Source: Octopus sinensis
Lineage: Eukaryota
Direction of reading: 5' to 3'
Length of the DNA: 64,000 nucleotides
NCBI RefSeq assembly: GCF_006345805.1
Contig: NC_043001.1
Coordinates: 75,640,001-75,704,000, forward strand
The notes below the pieces were generated by a model. It did no database searches and was not told where the DNA came from. It saw nothing but the letters and a program-made list of their open reading frames with translations. Shown in pieces: positions 1-15,695 of this stretch. Position numbers and translations under genes: made by a program. Position 1 is the stretch's first letter, and every line of letters starts with the position of its first letter.

Positions 1-1354
1 GCTGCCACTGACAAAGGTATTCTGAACTGCCAGATAAAGATGAGATATTAATGGTTTTTCTTTCCGTTCTCTACGTTCTGCCTTCAAATCCCTCCGAGTT
101 CAACATTACCTTTCATTCCTTCTGGGTCGATAAAACAAAGTACAATTCAAGTAACGGGAACGATGTAATCTACATTCCCCTCCCTTCAAAGATGCTGACC
201 TCCAAATTTGAAACAGCGTGGAGTCCCATTCTGATGGATTATTATGTTCTCGGTTACTTATATCCCACGGTCACCAGGTAGTTAGTTTTATCAGTCCTAG
301 AGCTCGGGGAGAAATAATAACTTATCATAGCACAGCATTTCATAGAAAGAGAAAACAGACAGACAAGCTTTAGCGGATTTCGTTTGTGGCAGTCTGACAA
401 AAAATCGTCAAATTCAGTTCAGTTTACAAGACTATAAAGCAGCGTGCTGGCAAAAACATTAGGGCGTAAGAAACATTGCTTAGCGGCATTACTTCCGGCT
501 TTTTACGTACTAAGTATAAATTACACTGAGGACAACTCCGCCTTTCATCACTTTGGAATCGACAAAATAAATACCACGCAGGTACAAGGCACCATGTAGT
601 TCACTTGTTCTTCACCTCAAATCTCAAATGTATCAGATTAGAGTTTTACAAGCTGTATATATACATACATAGACATTGATAGATAGACAGATATAAATAG
701 TTATAGATCGACATGTAAATATACGCAAAAGTATATATATATGTATATATAACTCTTTAACTCGTTTTAATTTTTATGTTGCCGTCATGCTGGTGCACCA
801 CCATATATATATATGCATTTACTATCATACAGTGAGAATCTGTACTCAAAACTACATTGGTGGATAAATATTCTTTATGTGTAGGTTAACAGGTCTGTCA
901 ATGGTTTCACGTAAAGAGGAATGTCTTAACATTTAACACGTCTTCCTCGTGGAAATGTTAGTACCCGTCTCCATTTTGGAGCCAAGTGACAGAGTATATA
1001 GAGAGCCGGATGGATTGTTGAGTAGCGATCATTCCGGCTCTTTAGGCCTGAATTCAGACCTTGCCGAAGTCAATTTTGCCTTCCGTCTTCCGTAATCAAT
1101 AAATAAAGTACCGGTAGCTTACAGGAGTCGGTTTTTCTCTTCTGTTCTTTTTTCTTTCTGTCAGTTAGCCTATCTTCTGGAAGAAATTGCCTTTGGTAAG
1201 GGCAAAGGAACTGACTCTACAACGTTAAAAGAGACGAATGATGCTGTGTGTCACGAAGGCGCGCTGACGACTCCACAAAGTGTTCAAGAGGCTCATGCTA
1301 GATACACACAGACACACACTCACACATGCATAAATATACACACACCAAACCTAT

Positions 1355-1387
<33 letters not shown>

Positions 1388-1779
1388 GTATGTATATATA
1401 CATACACACACACATACACACACACACACATACACACACACTCATATACATATTGAGATACAATATGGTACTTGAAAAGATATACACCAGGTAGGGTTGG
1501 ATAAACCTGTGGTCACCTCTTATGGTTTTAATCAATATCAAATAAAACATACCGATTGTGTACACAGGAAAAATCAGCACTGAGTATTTAGCGCTTCGGG
1601 GCTGGTCCAAAGTACACGTCACGTTGATTGTACGTTGTCTGTATACTCCAGGGTGTCCGACGTGTCGTAATCCCCCATAGTGTATTAGAATATATATATC
1701 TATATCTATCTATATATCTATCTATCTTTCTATATATATATATTATATATATTTTTTGTATATATATATTATATATATA

Positions 1780-1811
<32 letters not shown>

Positions 1812-3712
1812 GTACTTACATACATACATACATACATACATACATGTGTAAGTTATACATATATATTTATGTATGTATATCGTTTGTAAAAAACAAATCC
1901 GAAAGAAAAGCACACTCTAAGTTGTTGAGCAGTATATATTTAATCCCTCCGAGTTCAATCTTACCTTTCATTCCTTCTGGGTCTATAAAACAAAGTACGA
2001 TTCAAGTAACGGGAACGATCTTATCTACATTCCCCTCCTTTCAAAGTCGTTGGCCTCGAAATTTGAAACAGCACGGAGTCCCATTCTGGTACCATGTTGT
2101 GGGACTGATCCCAAATCTCGTTTGTAACAAGAGCTTCTTAACCACACAATGGCACCTTGCGTAATCGAATGATATGTTTGACATTTATCTAAAACTTAAT
2201 TATGTTAAAAATGACATTAACTGGAAAAAATCAATCTAAACGTTATAAATTCTGTTATATTATCGTTATTTTAAACTTTAATGCTAATCTATTCGTTGTT
2301 GATGCTAGAAAATTATATTTAATTGGAACATAATAGACCTAGTATATTTGTCTTGAGTCTGGAAAAATTCAATTGGATAATGTATCGGATATACGTGCTT
2401 CTTTTACGATTATTTTCTATAGTTTTTTTTCTAAATTGGTTTCATATTACAAGAACATGGCGTATTTAACGAAGGAATTTTTACCAGAATGTAATCTAAC
2501 TTAAAGGATTTCTGAGATTCTTTTTCTTTATCGTGTTTCTCATGAATGTCTTCTTCCTTATTGTAACATGATTCCTCTTTTAATTATTCAATAATTGACA
2601 CTGCAGTAGGTTTATTTGTAAAATAGAGTTAAAACCATGACTTATTTGGTATGTATTTCTGCTTGCATTCTGTACCTTGGATTCTTAACTTCCTAAATTA
2701 TGAAGAAATACACATACACACACACGCACACATGCGCGCGTACACACATATGGGGTAGGGGAGATGAAGTGTTCTTACTGTATTTTTGACTTTTCAGACA
2801 TTTTATACAAATGTTCACTACCTTACAAATATTTTATCAGCTAAGCAAATGACCTTTTCTAAATGCATTTAAAGCATTATGATCTGATCATTATTTCAGA
2901 AAATCATCTCTTTGAGCATATAAAAGACAGATTTGGCTGGGGTAAAATGAGTAAGCCAAGACAAGGTAAATTTGCTATTCGATTCTCGAGAAAACAGAAT
3001 CATACATATCAGCATCTATCCTTAGAGAACAGAAAGATCATAAATGCAAAAAAAAAAAACTGTTTAATATTTATGTCAAATGAAAGAATATCGGAAGAAA
3101 ATGTTACATAATATGAAAAATAACGAAACTCAGTAAAAATAAATCCACATAAGATATTCCATATAGCTTCTTCGCGATCTTCTGGAGTGTCTCACTTCGT
3201 GATATAATTACGCTCCGTGTAGATTAAGTGAACTAATTACTGAAATAAAGCATTACTCATTTTACCTAATTTTAGATCTCACTTTTTAAAATTTTAAAAT
3301 TGTCAGATTAGACATCAGTGTGGGAAAAATTAACTTGGAATCTAACAGAGAAAAGAATATTGAATGCTAAACACAAAATTTATCCAGCAACCTCAATTAC
3401 AATCGGCTCATAGTTGATTATAAATTACTTGAACCTGTCTTCTGACTATATTTCGGAATCTCTCAACTTCAGCAACAACAACAAGCTGACTAATTTTTAA
3501 TACGTAAGCTGGTTCAACAGTACGAAATGAGGATGAAATACTTGCAATGTAACAATTTCAAAAAGGCTGTGAGAAAATAACCAGCAATCAGAAATTACTC
3601 ATTTTGCATCGGTACTAATATTGCCCCACCCGTACATACACACACACACATACACACATACATATATGCATGCATACATATATATATATATATTATATAT
3701 ATATTATATATA

Positions 3713-3771
<59 letters not shown>

Positions 3772-3802
3772 CTTATACATATATATCTTCTATATTTTTA
3801 TT

Positions 3803-4658
<856 letters not shown>

Positions 4659-5591
4659 TGCATACATATAGACATACATACATACATACACACAGGCATA
4701 AATACAGAGAGGGGGAATTCTGTATATCTTAGTATGCACATATCATCGAAAACTAGAAAACTGCAGTATTCGTCTCGATAAAGGTTTTCGTATAGATTCA
4801 TAGTCCTAGAAAGCACAGAGGCTTATCAGTAGCAGATGGAAAATGTCCTGCAGCGGAGGTAGTACGGCTAGATTATGGCTTCTATGTCTTTGCATGTCAC
4901 CAGTAGCAAGAATTTAATATCAATCGCATGCGCAAACAAATAAAGCTTCTACCGATATAGCAAAACAGCTATTTAAAAGAACCACCAGTATCGCAAATAG
5001 CTGGCCGGCTCGGTAAAAATTTGTTGATAACCTTTTACTATATATGTACAAATATTAACTTCTGATGATGTGCAAAGAGGAGAAATCATGATTTAGCAAT
5101 TCCACCACCGCTATTGGATGCTCTTTTCCTAATACTGATACATTCATGTGCTTTTTAACAGTGTACGTCTATATGAGAAGCTTTCTCAAGACGAATACTG
5201 CAGTTTTATCACTCTCTATAGTATATCTTCGTTAAGTAAGACATACTGAATGCTATACCAGACCATTACTACTTGCGTCACTAATAATATGTATGCGGAG
5301 AACTCTGTGTGTGTGTGTGTGTGTGAGTGTGTGTGCCTGTATGTGTGTGTGAGGGGATGGGGATATAATTTAATAGCTCTGAATTACATTTTCTTTCCCT
5401 TCGTATATAAAATAAATGCTTGACATATATTGTAAGAATTCGTATTAGCCACCATACGCATTGGTCTGCGTCGGAGTTGTTCGTTATAAATATGTCTGAA
5501 AAGATGTTTATCCCTCGTGATATTTTCCACAAGAATTGCTTCTTTCATTACTTTTACGGGATATATATACATACATACATACATACATACA

Positions 5592-5674
<83 letters not shown>

Positions 5675-6108
5675 CCATTAAATAAGTGTCTTGACTGGCT
5701 GAAGATTATCTTAAGTTATCTAAGAAATATATTTTGTCGCCAGAAAAACTAATATAAATGATTTAAAGTCATTACTTGATGGAAGAAAGGAATATTATCG
5801 GGGGATGAATAGAAATATACATCGACTCTGTGGAACAGATATTCAATAATTTATCAATAAATATAAAACATATTCAATCTAAAATATTTGTATATCGATA
5901 GTGTCATAAATATCGTGCATTAGAGACTGTCTTTCAAGCCTTAACGGTATGCACAGTTTGAGAATTCACCATTCATTTAAAGCTATCCCATCATGCAATT
6001 TTTTGCAAAATCCCTTGTTAACAATAAATTATTCAATTATCTTCTTTAAACTACTTAGATTAGATTATTTATTATTAATTTTTATATACTGAAAATTTTT
6101 CACCTATA

Positions 6109-6263
6109 CAGTGGCTGTATGGTAAGTAGCTTGCTCACCAACCACATGGTTCCGGGTTCAGTCCCACTGCGTTGCGACTTAGGCAAGTGTCTTCTACTAT
6201 AGCCTCCGGCCAAACAAAGCCTTGTGAGTGGATTTGGTAGGCGGAAACTTAAAGAAACCCGTC

Positions 6264-6295
<32 letters not shown>

Positions 6296-6512
6296 ATATA
6301 TTTGTGTGTCTGTTTGTACCACCAACATCGCTTGACAATCGATGCTGGTGTGTTTACGTCCACGTAAATTAGCGGTTCGGCAAAAGAGACCGATAGAATA
6401 AGTACTAGGCTTACAAAGAATAAGTCCTGGGGGTCAATTTGCTCGACAAAAGGTGGTGCTCCAGCATAGCCGCTGTCAAATGACTGAAACAAGTAAAAGA
6501 GAGTAAAGAGAG
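6109..6512 (+). mobile_element. SINE family B, near full length
   Basis: Same head, body and tail as 59602-60025, in + orientation. Confidence 0.88.
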
Positions 6513-6520
6513 AGTATACA

Positions 6521-7167
6521 GTGGTTAGTTATGTGCTTACAACCCTCTTCTTGTCGATATATATCAGTGTCAATACTGAAATAAGTAATTTCTACACAGA
6601 AGATCAAGCAATAAGAAACTTGATGGAAATGTTGACTTCTTGTATAGAAACTATCTATTTCAGTATGGACACTGATATATATCAAGAAGAGTGTTTAGCT
6701 ATGGGTTCGCCATTATCACCGATAATAGCCAATATACTCATGGAATACTTTGAGAATTTGGCTTTAGGATCAACACCACTGAAACCAACCCTGTGGCTGC
6801 GATATGTTGATAACACTTTTATTCTCTGGCCCCACCAGGAAGATGTCTAAGTGCTGTTAGATCATGTGAACTCAATAGAGCCATCCATACAGTTCACAAC
6901 AGAAAAGGAAAAAGACAGTCAGCTAGCGTTCCTTGACGTATTAATAACACGCACCAAGTATGGATTCAGGACATCCGTATATCGCAAGCCGACCTTCACT
7001 GGACGATACCTTAACTTCAATTTCCACCATCCATACAGTGTAAAGAAAGTAATTGCTCAGTACATAAAACATCGAGCAAAGAATATAAGTAGCGATCGTG
7101 ATACCCACCACGAAGAAATGATCAAGCTCAGTAACAAATATCCTCATCTCTGAAATATAGAACTGTA
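6521..7167 (+). mobile_element. Penelope-like element, RT fragment (pseudogenised, in-frame TAA at 6848-6850)
   Basis: AMGSPLSPIIANILME, WLRYVDNTF, IQFTTEKE..LAFLDVLI, SVYRKPTFTGRYLNF..HHP are Penelope-type RT palm/thumb motifs. Confidence 0.88.
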
Positions 7168-8479
7168 TCCACCACTTTAGCGGCCTTTGTGAATAACCTT
7201 ACACATAGAAATTTAATGTATTTAATTCTATTATGATGAACAAATTTTCAGATGTGATTCCTTCATGTACCCATAAGTTTTGTTCAACATTTCTAAGGAT
7301 ACATAGAACTAGACTTGGTAACTAAATCTATTAAAAGTTATCTTATTAACACTTGAATGTCTTTGCCGTGAATCTTAGATCCTTCCACTCTAGCTTGTAT
7401 ACTATCACTAACATATGACCTCTGTAATTTTACTAATAATAAAAATATACCTATAAATTCTATTCAACATTTCTAAGAACATGTAGAATTAGATCCGTTA
7501 ACTAAATCTATTAAAACTTAACTCATTAATTTTTGACTATGAACTATAGATCCTTCCATTCTTGCCAATATAATATCATTTGCGTATGAGCTTTGAAAAT
7601 TTATTAAAAAATGCAAAAAAAGACTTCCTTTAATCTATCAAATTATTACAATGTAGTACTTCATCACGAAGGAAATTATCCTGATGAGGCGGGCATTATG
7701 CTTCTGTATTTAGAATACTTAAAACGCCATTTATACATTTATTGTAGCCCTGAAATGGCCGTAGATGATATCCTTTACCCAAATTCACCCTAAACTGTAT
7801 ATATTTATTTTATCTACTTATTTACCACTGAATTTTTGAATTTTGAACTCTCATCCGACATTTCATATAAACATCAAATTCTTAATTGATTCGAACAGTT
7901 TCTTTTGGAATCCCTTACCTCGAAATTTTATCTCTATTTGTGACTCCTCCATTCGGTACCTGAACTCAACGTACATGATGCATAGTTTTCACATATGACT
8001 TTTATACTCTTATTCTTTACCCTTTTACTTGCTTCAGTCGTTTGACTGTGGCTATGGTAGATCACCGGCTATAGTCGAGCAAATCGACCCCTGGACTTAT
8101 TCTTTGTAAGCCAAGTACTTATTCTATCGGTCTCTTTTACCGAACCGTTAAGTTACGGGGACGTAAACATACCAGCAGCCGTTTTCAAGCGATGTTGGGG
8201 GGGGACGAACACAGACACAAACATACACACACACATATATATATATATGTAACTTTATTAAACACACACATCTATACATACGTATCGATATGTGATCATT
8301 GACATGCGTGAATATATGTCTCTGTGTGTTTCTCTGACTATATGTATGTGACTGTATGTGAGAGTGTATGTCTGTGTAAGTGTGATAATTTCTACTTTTA
8401 TTTGGATTAAAACACACATCTACGCATACATATGTGACGACTGAAAAAACAATGAGGTGAGAAGCTATGTATGTCTCTA

Positions 8480-9026
8480 TCTTACTGTATCTATGTGAGT
8501 GTCGTCACATTTTGTATATTGGTCTGTGAGTGTGTGTGTGTGACTCAGTTTATGTTTCTTTTTCTACAGCTACACCAGCGGTCTAATGTCAACCCTTCAC
8601 CTTCTGCAACATTTCAGCAGTTCACTTCCCCGTTGTCATCATCCATTGTAGCCCATTTGCTGAACATACTCATTTACGTACAATATCTTCATTACAACTA
8701 TATTCATTCGACTGTCAAACATACGATGGGTCGTGTTAGACGCAGCGCCGACCGCCGCGAAGGAGAGTATATACACTGATAGCTTTTTGGAGCGTTAAAA
8801 AAATCAACCCACACCCTACTAACCCCAATTTTCCACGACAGGTTAGGGCCTGGATCCCTCCAAACGGACGCATGACATGTAGCTTAGTCGAATAAGCTCG
8901 TCATTTACTCCACAAATGTTTTGTCGTTAACGCTTCACTTTCCCGCATAACCTATTTCAAAATAACAATGATATATACACAAACTATGCCATTTTAATCC
9001 TGAGCAACGCCGGGTATCTCTGCTAG
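8480..9026 (+). mobile_element. Probable non-autonomous Helitron (3' end clear, 5' end uncertain)
   Basis: cctgagcaacgccgggtatctctgCTAG|T: a decayed ccgggcaacgccggg hairpin about 10 nt before CTAG, followed by T. Confidence 0.55.
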
Positions 9027-9102
9027 TTTATTTCTAACGATCAAACTCGAAGTATATAAAGCAACAGAAAAATAGCGTGTAGATTTACGGTCAAAATTCC
9101 AC

Positions 9103-9133
<31 letters not shown>

Positions 9134-9156
9134 TGTATGTATGTATGTATGTATGT

Positions 9157-9233
<77 letters not shown>

Positions 9234-9995
9234 GAGGCAGGCTTTCAGACTTCTATCTAATTGGGGTTTCTCCAGAAACGACATCTCTTCAATATTTTCG
9301 TGTAAATGAATGGCATTTCCTCTGACCTCAGCAATTTTTCTTTGACTGGTGTGATTGGTATTGCTAACGCTCTGCTTCAACTTTCTTACATAAGTATTCA
9401 TAGTACAAGATGTTTCTGAGAATCCAGTTCTAGAGGAAAGGGAGGAAGGATTGAAAGAAGTGTTTAGGGTACGGTGAGAAATAGGAAATGCTACGGTTGA
9501 AAGAAAGGCGTATGTGTTGATGGATATAAGTGGAGAAGCCATTTAAGTACAGGTGGAATTGACAGGCAGTAGAGTCAATGGCTTGAAAGCTGTTGGTCAG
9601 TGAAGTTGAATAGTTTTCTTTTATCTGTGGTCACGGGTGTCTCTGTGTTGCATTATTACAGTCACAAGCACGAGAACTTACTATTTTAAGAGTCTTCTTG
9701 AACTTCGTAAATCATCAGCTACTGATGAATTTTATTGATCAAATATATTCTAGTCTGTTTATGCAATGTGGTTAAGAAACTCGGTTAGCAATCACGCCGT
9801 TTAGGTTTCAGTCCTGCCTGGCACCGTGGGAAAGTGCCCTCTACAATAGCTCCGGGCCGACCAATGTCTATTGAGTGAATTTCCCAGACTTGAATTTTGT
9901 AGAAAATCATCGAATACACAAGCATAAAGATGTTTGTATATGAAAATATGTATGTATATATACATACACACACACACACACACACACACACGCGC

Positions 9996-10083
<88 letters not shown>

Positions 10084-11106
10084 GGGTACTAATTACACAT
10101 AGTACACTTAATTACTAATTGATAATTTTTATCTGTATGATTTTTATTACGTTTGGTAAGCTACTGATATTTCTTTTAAACAATAATATCCTCTTATAAA
10201 TATGTTTGTGTGTGTATGTATGTATGTATGTATGTATATATGTATGTATAAGCACACATGTGTGTGATTGTGTGTGTGTGTGCGTGTTTGTATATACGTA
10301 TGTGATTTTATATATTGGCATCCCACGCTTGTACCATCTGGGTGGGGTCGATGGTGACTAATCCGATATTGCAACTCTAGGTTCACGAGGAGCGTAGGTA
10401 AAGATTCTGTGGACGAATAAAATAAATCATCGACAATTGTTTTCAAGAGCGGGTGAACTTGATAAAGAGTCAATAACCATAGATCAACCTGCAGACGAAG
10501 ATCTTCATTAAAGCTTTTGAATCTTGCACTGTTATCTCATTTGACAACCCCTTGCGCCTAGTTGTCCCTCTCAGATGTACAACCTTTGCTTTTGCGTTTT
10601 TGTCTGACCCAAGGTCTTTCCAGGGTTAAGGTAGTCATCAGTAGTCTTCTCTCTCCCAGAGCCTCGGGCAATTGAATTCCCTTAATAAATGCAAGGAAAA
10701 TCTGAGATGTTTATTTTCATCATCGTATCCGTGGCATTGTCGGAAATGCTAAAAGCGTGCCATTCTTTTCACCCAATAAATTACACAATATATACCCCTG
10801 TTGTTATTAATAATAATTTCACATTTTTGCAGAAGGCCGATAATTTTAGTGGGAGGTGACTTATTTGATTACATTAAGTCCAATGCTCAACTGGTAGTTA
10901 TTTTATCGACCTTTAAATGACGAAAGATAAAGTCGACTTCGGCAGAATTTGAACTCTCAACGTAATGAGTCGAAATAAAAGCTGCTCTTTTGTGTAGTGT
11001 GCTAAGGATTCTGCCTTGTCGCCTTAAATAGTCCTTTTTACAATAGGCCATGCTCAGTAACATTTTGTAGCGAGCGGTCTAGTCGATTATATACACATAC
11101 ATACGT

Positions 11107-11167
<61 letters not shown>

Positions 11168-11184
11168 CAGACAGATAGACAGGC

Positions 11185-11261
<77 letters not shown>

Positions 11262-11266
11262 AGTAT

Positions 11267-11360
<94 letters not shown>

Positions 11361-12954
11361 TGCATAGTTATAGATCGACATGTATATATACACAAATGGT
11401 CTAGTCGATTACAGCCTCAGCGCCGCTAAGCGTTTTGTCCGGCGGAGTAACGACTCTGCCGCCCTGATAATGCAAATAATACTATAGGCACAACACCAGA
11501 AATTTTGTGGGAGGGAATTAGTCTGTTATATTGAACCCAGTATTCAACTGGTACTTATTTTATCGACTCTGGAAGTATGAAAGACGAAGTGAACCTCGGT
11601 GTAATACTAACAGTAGTTGTTAATATTATTAATAGCTCTCCGAAATATCTTTCGCTTAAAAAATGTATTTATCTTAATAATTGAAGGTCCACGTAATTTT
11701 TTGAAACTGTGTAATAAAATATTTATAAAACAGAGCCAATATTGTCGTCAATATTTCCAATATTCTTTGATATTACAAAGTTCAAAGTTAGAAACTAGTA
11801 AATTATACATGATATTTCAAACCTACCAAACCATTTCTTGCATGCAAATAGTTTATTAAATATCAGTTTTTATAAGATATTTGCTTTCAATATACATGCG
11901 TGAGTTTGTGTGTGTCTATGTACTCTTTGTATGTGTAGGGAAATCCAATAAAGAATGTTCATATATATATATATATATATATTATAATATAATATGATAT
12001 AATATAACGTAATAGAGACATAAATATATTAATATTGATAGAAATTTAAATCAGGAGTGATGGAGTCTGCTTTTCTATCGTTGCAGATTTATTTATATAC
12101 AGATTATATGAAGTCTGGATTTTTCAAAGCGATAGAATACTGTCTTTCTTTTTTTTCTTGTGTGTGTTGATTTCCAACGTCGGAGAGTGAGTCGATCTGT
12201 CTGTACTTCAGAGAAAAAAGTGACTCTCTCCAGACTCGTGAACAATTTATAAAAAGAAAAAAAAAAGATATTTAAGCTGTGTTCTGCAATTTCCTTGTCA
12301 AAATCCAGGTATTTTTCTCCCATATATAGATCAAGAAAGAAAGAAACAAACAAACAAAGAAATAAATAAACAAAGAAACGCAAGCAAGAAATAAAACCGA
12401 AAGGAAGAAGGAAAGGAAGTAAAAAGAAAGAAAGAAAGAAAGAAGAGAAAGAAAAAGATACCCTTCATTACTGACTTATTTTTCTACAGTAATGCACAAA
12501 TACATACACACACAAAGACACTCACACACACGCACACACACACACACACATACACACACACACATACATACATACCGATCAGTCTGGGAATATCTCGACC
12601 GTTGCTTTCCGGGCGATTACAGTCTCTATCAGGATGTATATACATACAATTATGTGCGTTGACTGCAACATAAGAGCGTTTAGCTCTTATTTCTAGCAAT
12701 GTAGGTGTTTCTAACACCCTCAGTCATATTTAATGACGGTTATAGTCTTCCTTGTTGTTACACATTGCTCACAGCTACCTACATTAATTATATATATATA
12801 TACACACACATATATACATATATACATACATATATATACACTAGTAAGGATAACAGACTTAAAATGATTATGTATATTCATACATTCACATATATGTATT
12901 GTGGTTGTGTGTATGTGTGTGTGCGTGTGTGTGTATTTGTGTGCGTATGTTTGT

Positions 12955-13262
12955 GTGAAAGCGGTGACTTAGTAGTTAGGGTATCCTGTTCACGATCGTA
13001 AGTAACCGGCGGCGCGTCGTGTCCTTCAGCAAGACACTTTATATCACGTTGCTCCAGTCCACTCAGCTGGCAAAAATGAGTTGTACCTGTATCTCAAAAG
13101 GCCAGCCTTGTCACATTCTTTGTCACTCTGAATTTCCCTGAGGACTACGTTAAGAGTAAGCATGTCTATGGAATGCTCAGTTACTTACACGTTAATTTCA
13201 TAAGCAGGCTGTTCCAGTGATAGGGTCAACTGGGACCTTTATTCTTGTAAGCGACGGAGTGA
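12955..13262 (+). mobile_element. Distinct tRNA-derived SINE (gtgtcctt..gcaagacacttt core)
   Basis: A-box-like gtgacttagtagttagg, followed by the core gtgtccttcagcaagacactttat..gctccagtccactcagctgg. Confidence 0.6.
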
Positions 13263-13311
13263 CATACACACACACATACACACACACACGCACACACATA
13301 TATACATATAT

Positions 13312-13445
13312 TCTTTTATTGGTTTCAGTCATTTGACTGTGACCATGCTGGAGCACCGCCTTTAGTCGAACAAATCGACCCCAGTACTTATTCTATCAGT
13401 CTATTTTGCCGAACCATCGGTTGTCAAGTGATAGTGTGAGACACA

Positions 13446-13521
<76 letters not shown>

Positions 13522-13701
13522 TAATACTAAGCAATTAAGGGTTTAGCAACGAATTGCTTCATATATATATATATACAACAGGCCTCTTTCAGTTTCTGTC
13601 AACCAAATCCGGTCACAAGCCTCTGGTGCCACGCAGTGGGACTGAACCCGGAGCCATGTGGCTTGTAGCAAACTACTTACCACACAGCCACTCCTGCGCC
13701 T
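13312..13701 (-). mobile_element. SINE family B with internal deletions
   Basis: Head and tail recognisable. Other partial copies near 8015-8240, 9765-9890, 19460-19680, 21270-21395, 29510-29690, 33670-33890, 41010-41172 and 48500-48800. Confidence 0.75.
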
Positions 13702-14654
13702 GTGTGTGTGCGTGTGTGTGTGTGTGTATGTAATTATATTGCTAAGAAACAGAAGAGGGAAGTTTCCCGCAAAGGAAGAGAATCGCTAAGAGAGAGTTTC
13801 TATTTTTCATACACTTATTTTATTATGCGAGTATATATTATTACTATTATTATTATTATGGCTTTGCAGATAAATTCATTTCGCTCTGATTTGAAGTTTG
13901 ACAATGCACCGTAACTTGGGCTAAAGCTACATGGTCATTTAAAACATTTAGGAACTATACAAACAATCGACTTTTATTGTTTGTTTTTTTTAAATAGTGG
14001 AGGAAACAGGTGAGAGGAGTACATTAAAAGTCCTTGAGTCACATACAACTAAGATTACCATTAGCATTATACAGAGTAGGATGGATATTTTTTAAATTTC
14101 TTTTAATTGTAATATTGGGAGAGAGTTTGATTGATAGAAAGTCTCTTACGAGTTTAAGATTTTATTCTGGGAGTCTTTCAAAGGTCTTATTTTATTTCTC
14201 ACACTTACCATTCTTTTCCAATACATATTCGCCTTGTTTGTTAGTTTTTCGTGTAGATACAATTACCGTTTTCTCTACAAACTACGTACAAACCTCTTTT
14301 TTTTTTTGTTCGTCTCAGGTGCTAATGTGGGATTTTGGTCGTTTTTCCACATGCTGGTTATCACGTCGGGATGATTTCGGATTAGTTTCCAATATATTTC
14401 ATCTCGCATTGACACCTTGTCATCAGTTTATTGTGTTGCATCCAGAACTCGACCATTCTTTAACACACACCTGTGAAGTTTGTCCAGTGACCGTTGCACC
14501 CGCTGCCGCCATCTACGGTTGCTTTCAGCTTAAGATGCATAAAGAAATAGGGTTTGCTATGAAATAGAAGAGGGGAAGAAATTTCCCTCACGGGGGGAGA
14601 TCGTTATATATATGTGTGAATCTGTGTATTTGTGTGTATATATATATATACATA

Positions 14655-14738
<84 letters not shown>

Positions 14739-15409
14739 GTATGTGTATATAAATGTGTGCGTAAGCTTGTGTATTTTATGTTCCTAAGCATATATGTGTG
14801 TATGCCTTCATGTACCTTTGTGTATGTGAAAGAGAAACAGAGTGTGTATATTGCTATACATTTATATCTAAATTTTGTCCTGGTAGTAACTTTCCTCTAT
14901 GCATGCGTATTCAAGCACAGAAAAAGAAGGGGGACTTCTGTGAAGTAAGGCTAATTCTTTAGAGTGCCACCGAAATAGTTGGACTACCCAGTCTAAATAT
15001 AATACGATATATTGCCTGAATTCGAAATTTAGTAATTCCAGTTAGTAGTTACAGTTGGCTTTTTGGATTGTAATACATTTACATTTCTAAGTACGCTGAC
15101 CGTCTTACGGTTGCTACTTTCAAAGATCCTGAATGTATGAAACCGGTAAAGTGAATGCAAATAAATCTTTTTAAGACTCCAATTATATTATCAACCTGTA
15201 TTTCATTTCTACACAATTACTCACATGCATACATACCCTCGCCTACCCTCCCCCCCACACACAGATATATATATATGTATGTATGTATATATACATACAC
15301 ATACAGGTAATACGTTCATGTATACATATGTGTGTGTGTGTACAGACATCCACGCATACGCATCCACGCATACGCTCACACATACATACACACACATGTA
15401 TATATATAT

Positions 15410-15456
<47 letters not shown>

Positions 15457-15611
15457 TCACACATATTATTAATATGTCTTTATGCTCAGTTGTGCATAAA
15501 TCCAATTTAATATTGAATGAATGTTTACACATACATTTATATTTTGTATGTGAGTATATGTATGTATACATGTTCATATATATGTACATATATATAAACG
15601 TATATATATGC

Positions 15612-15695
<84 letters not shown>

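Noticed and set aside
7681-7740. CTGATGA as a hammerhead core (also at 43888)
   Set aside because: No correctly placed stem II, GAAA or stem I.
14100-14530. Minus-strand region starting agatggcggc with short open frames
   Set aside because: Multiple stops and no recognisable motif; probably an unidentified repeat remnant.
15092-15145. Possible 54-nt exon (YADRLTVATFKDPECMKP) with AG/GT ends
   Set aside because: Only the phase 0-0 frame is open, which cannot join directly to the phase-1 Ly6 exon; no other support.
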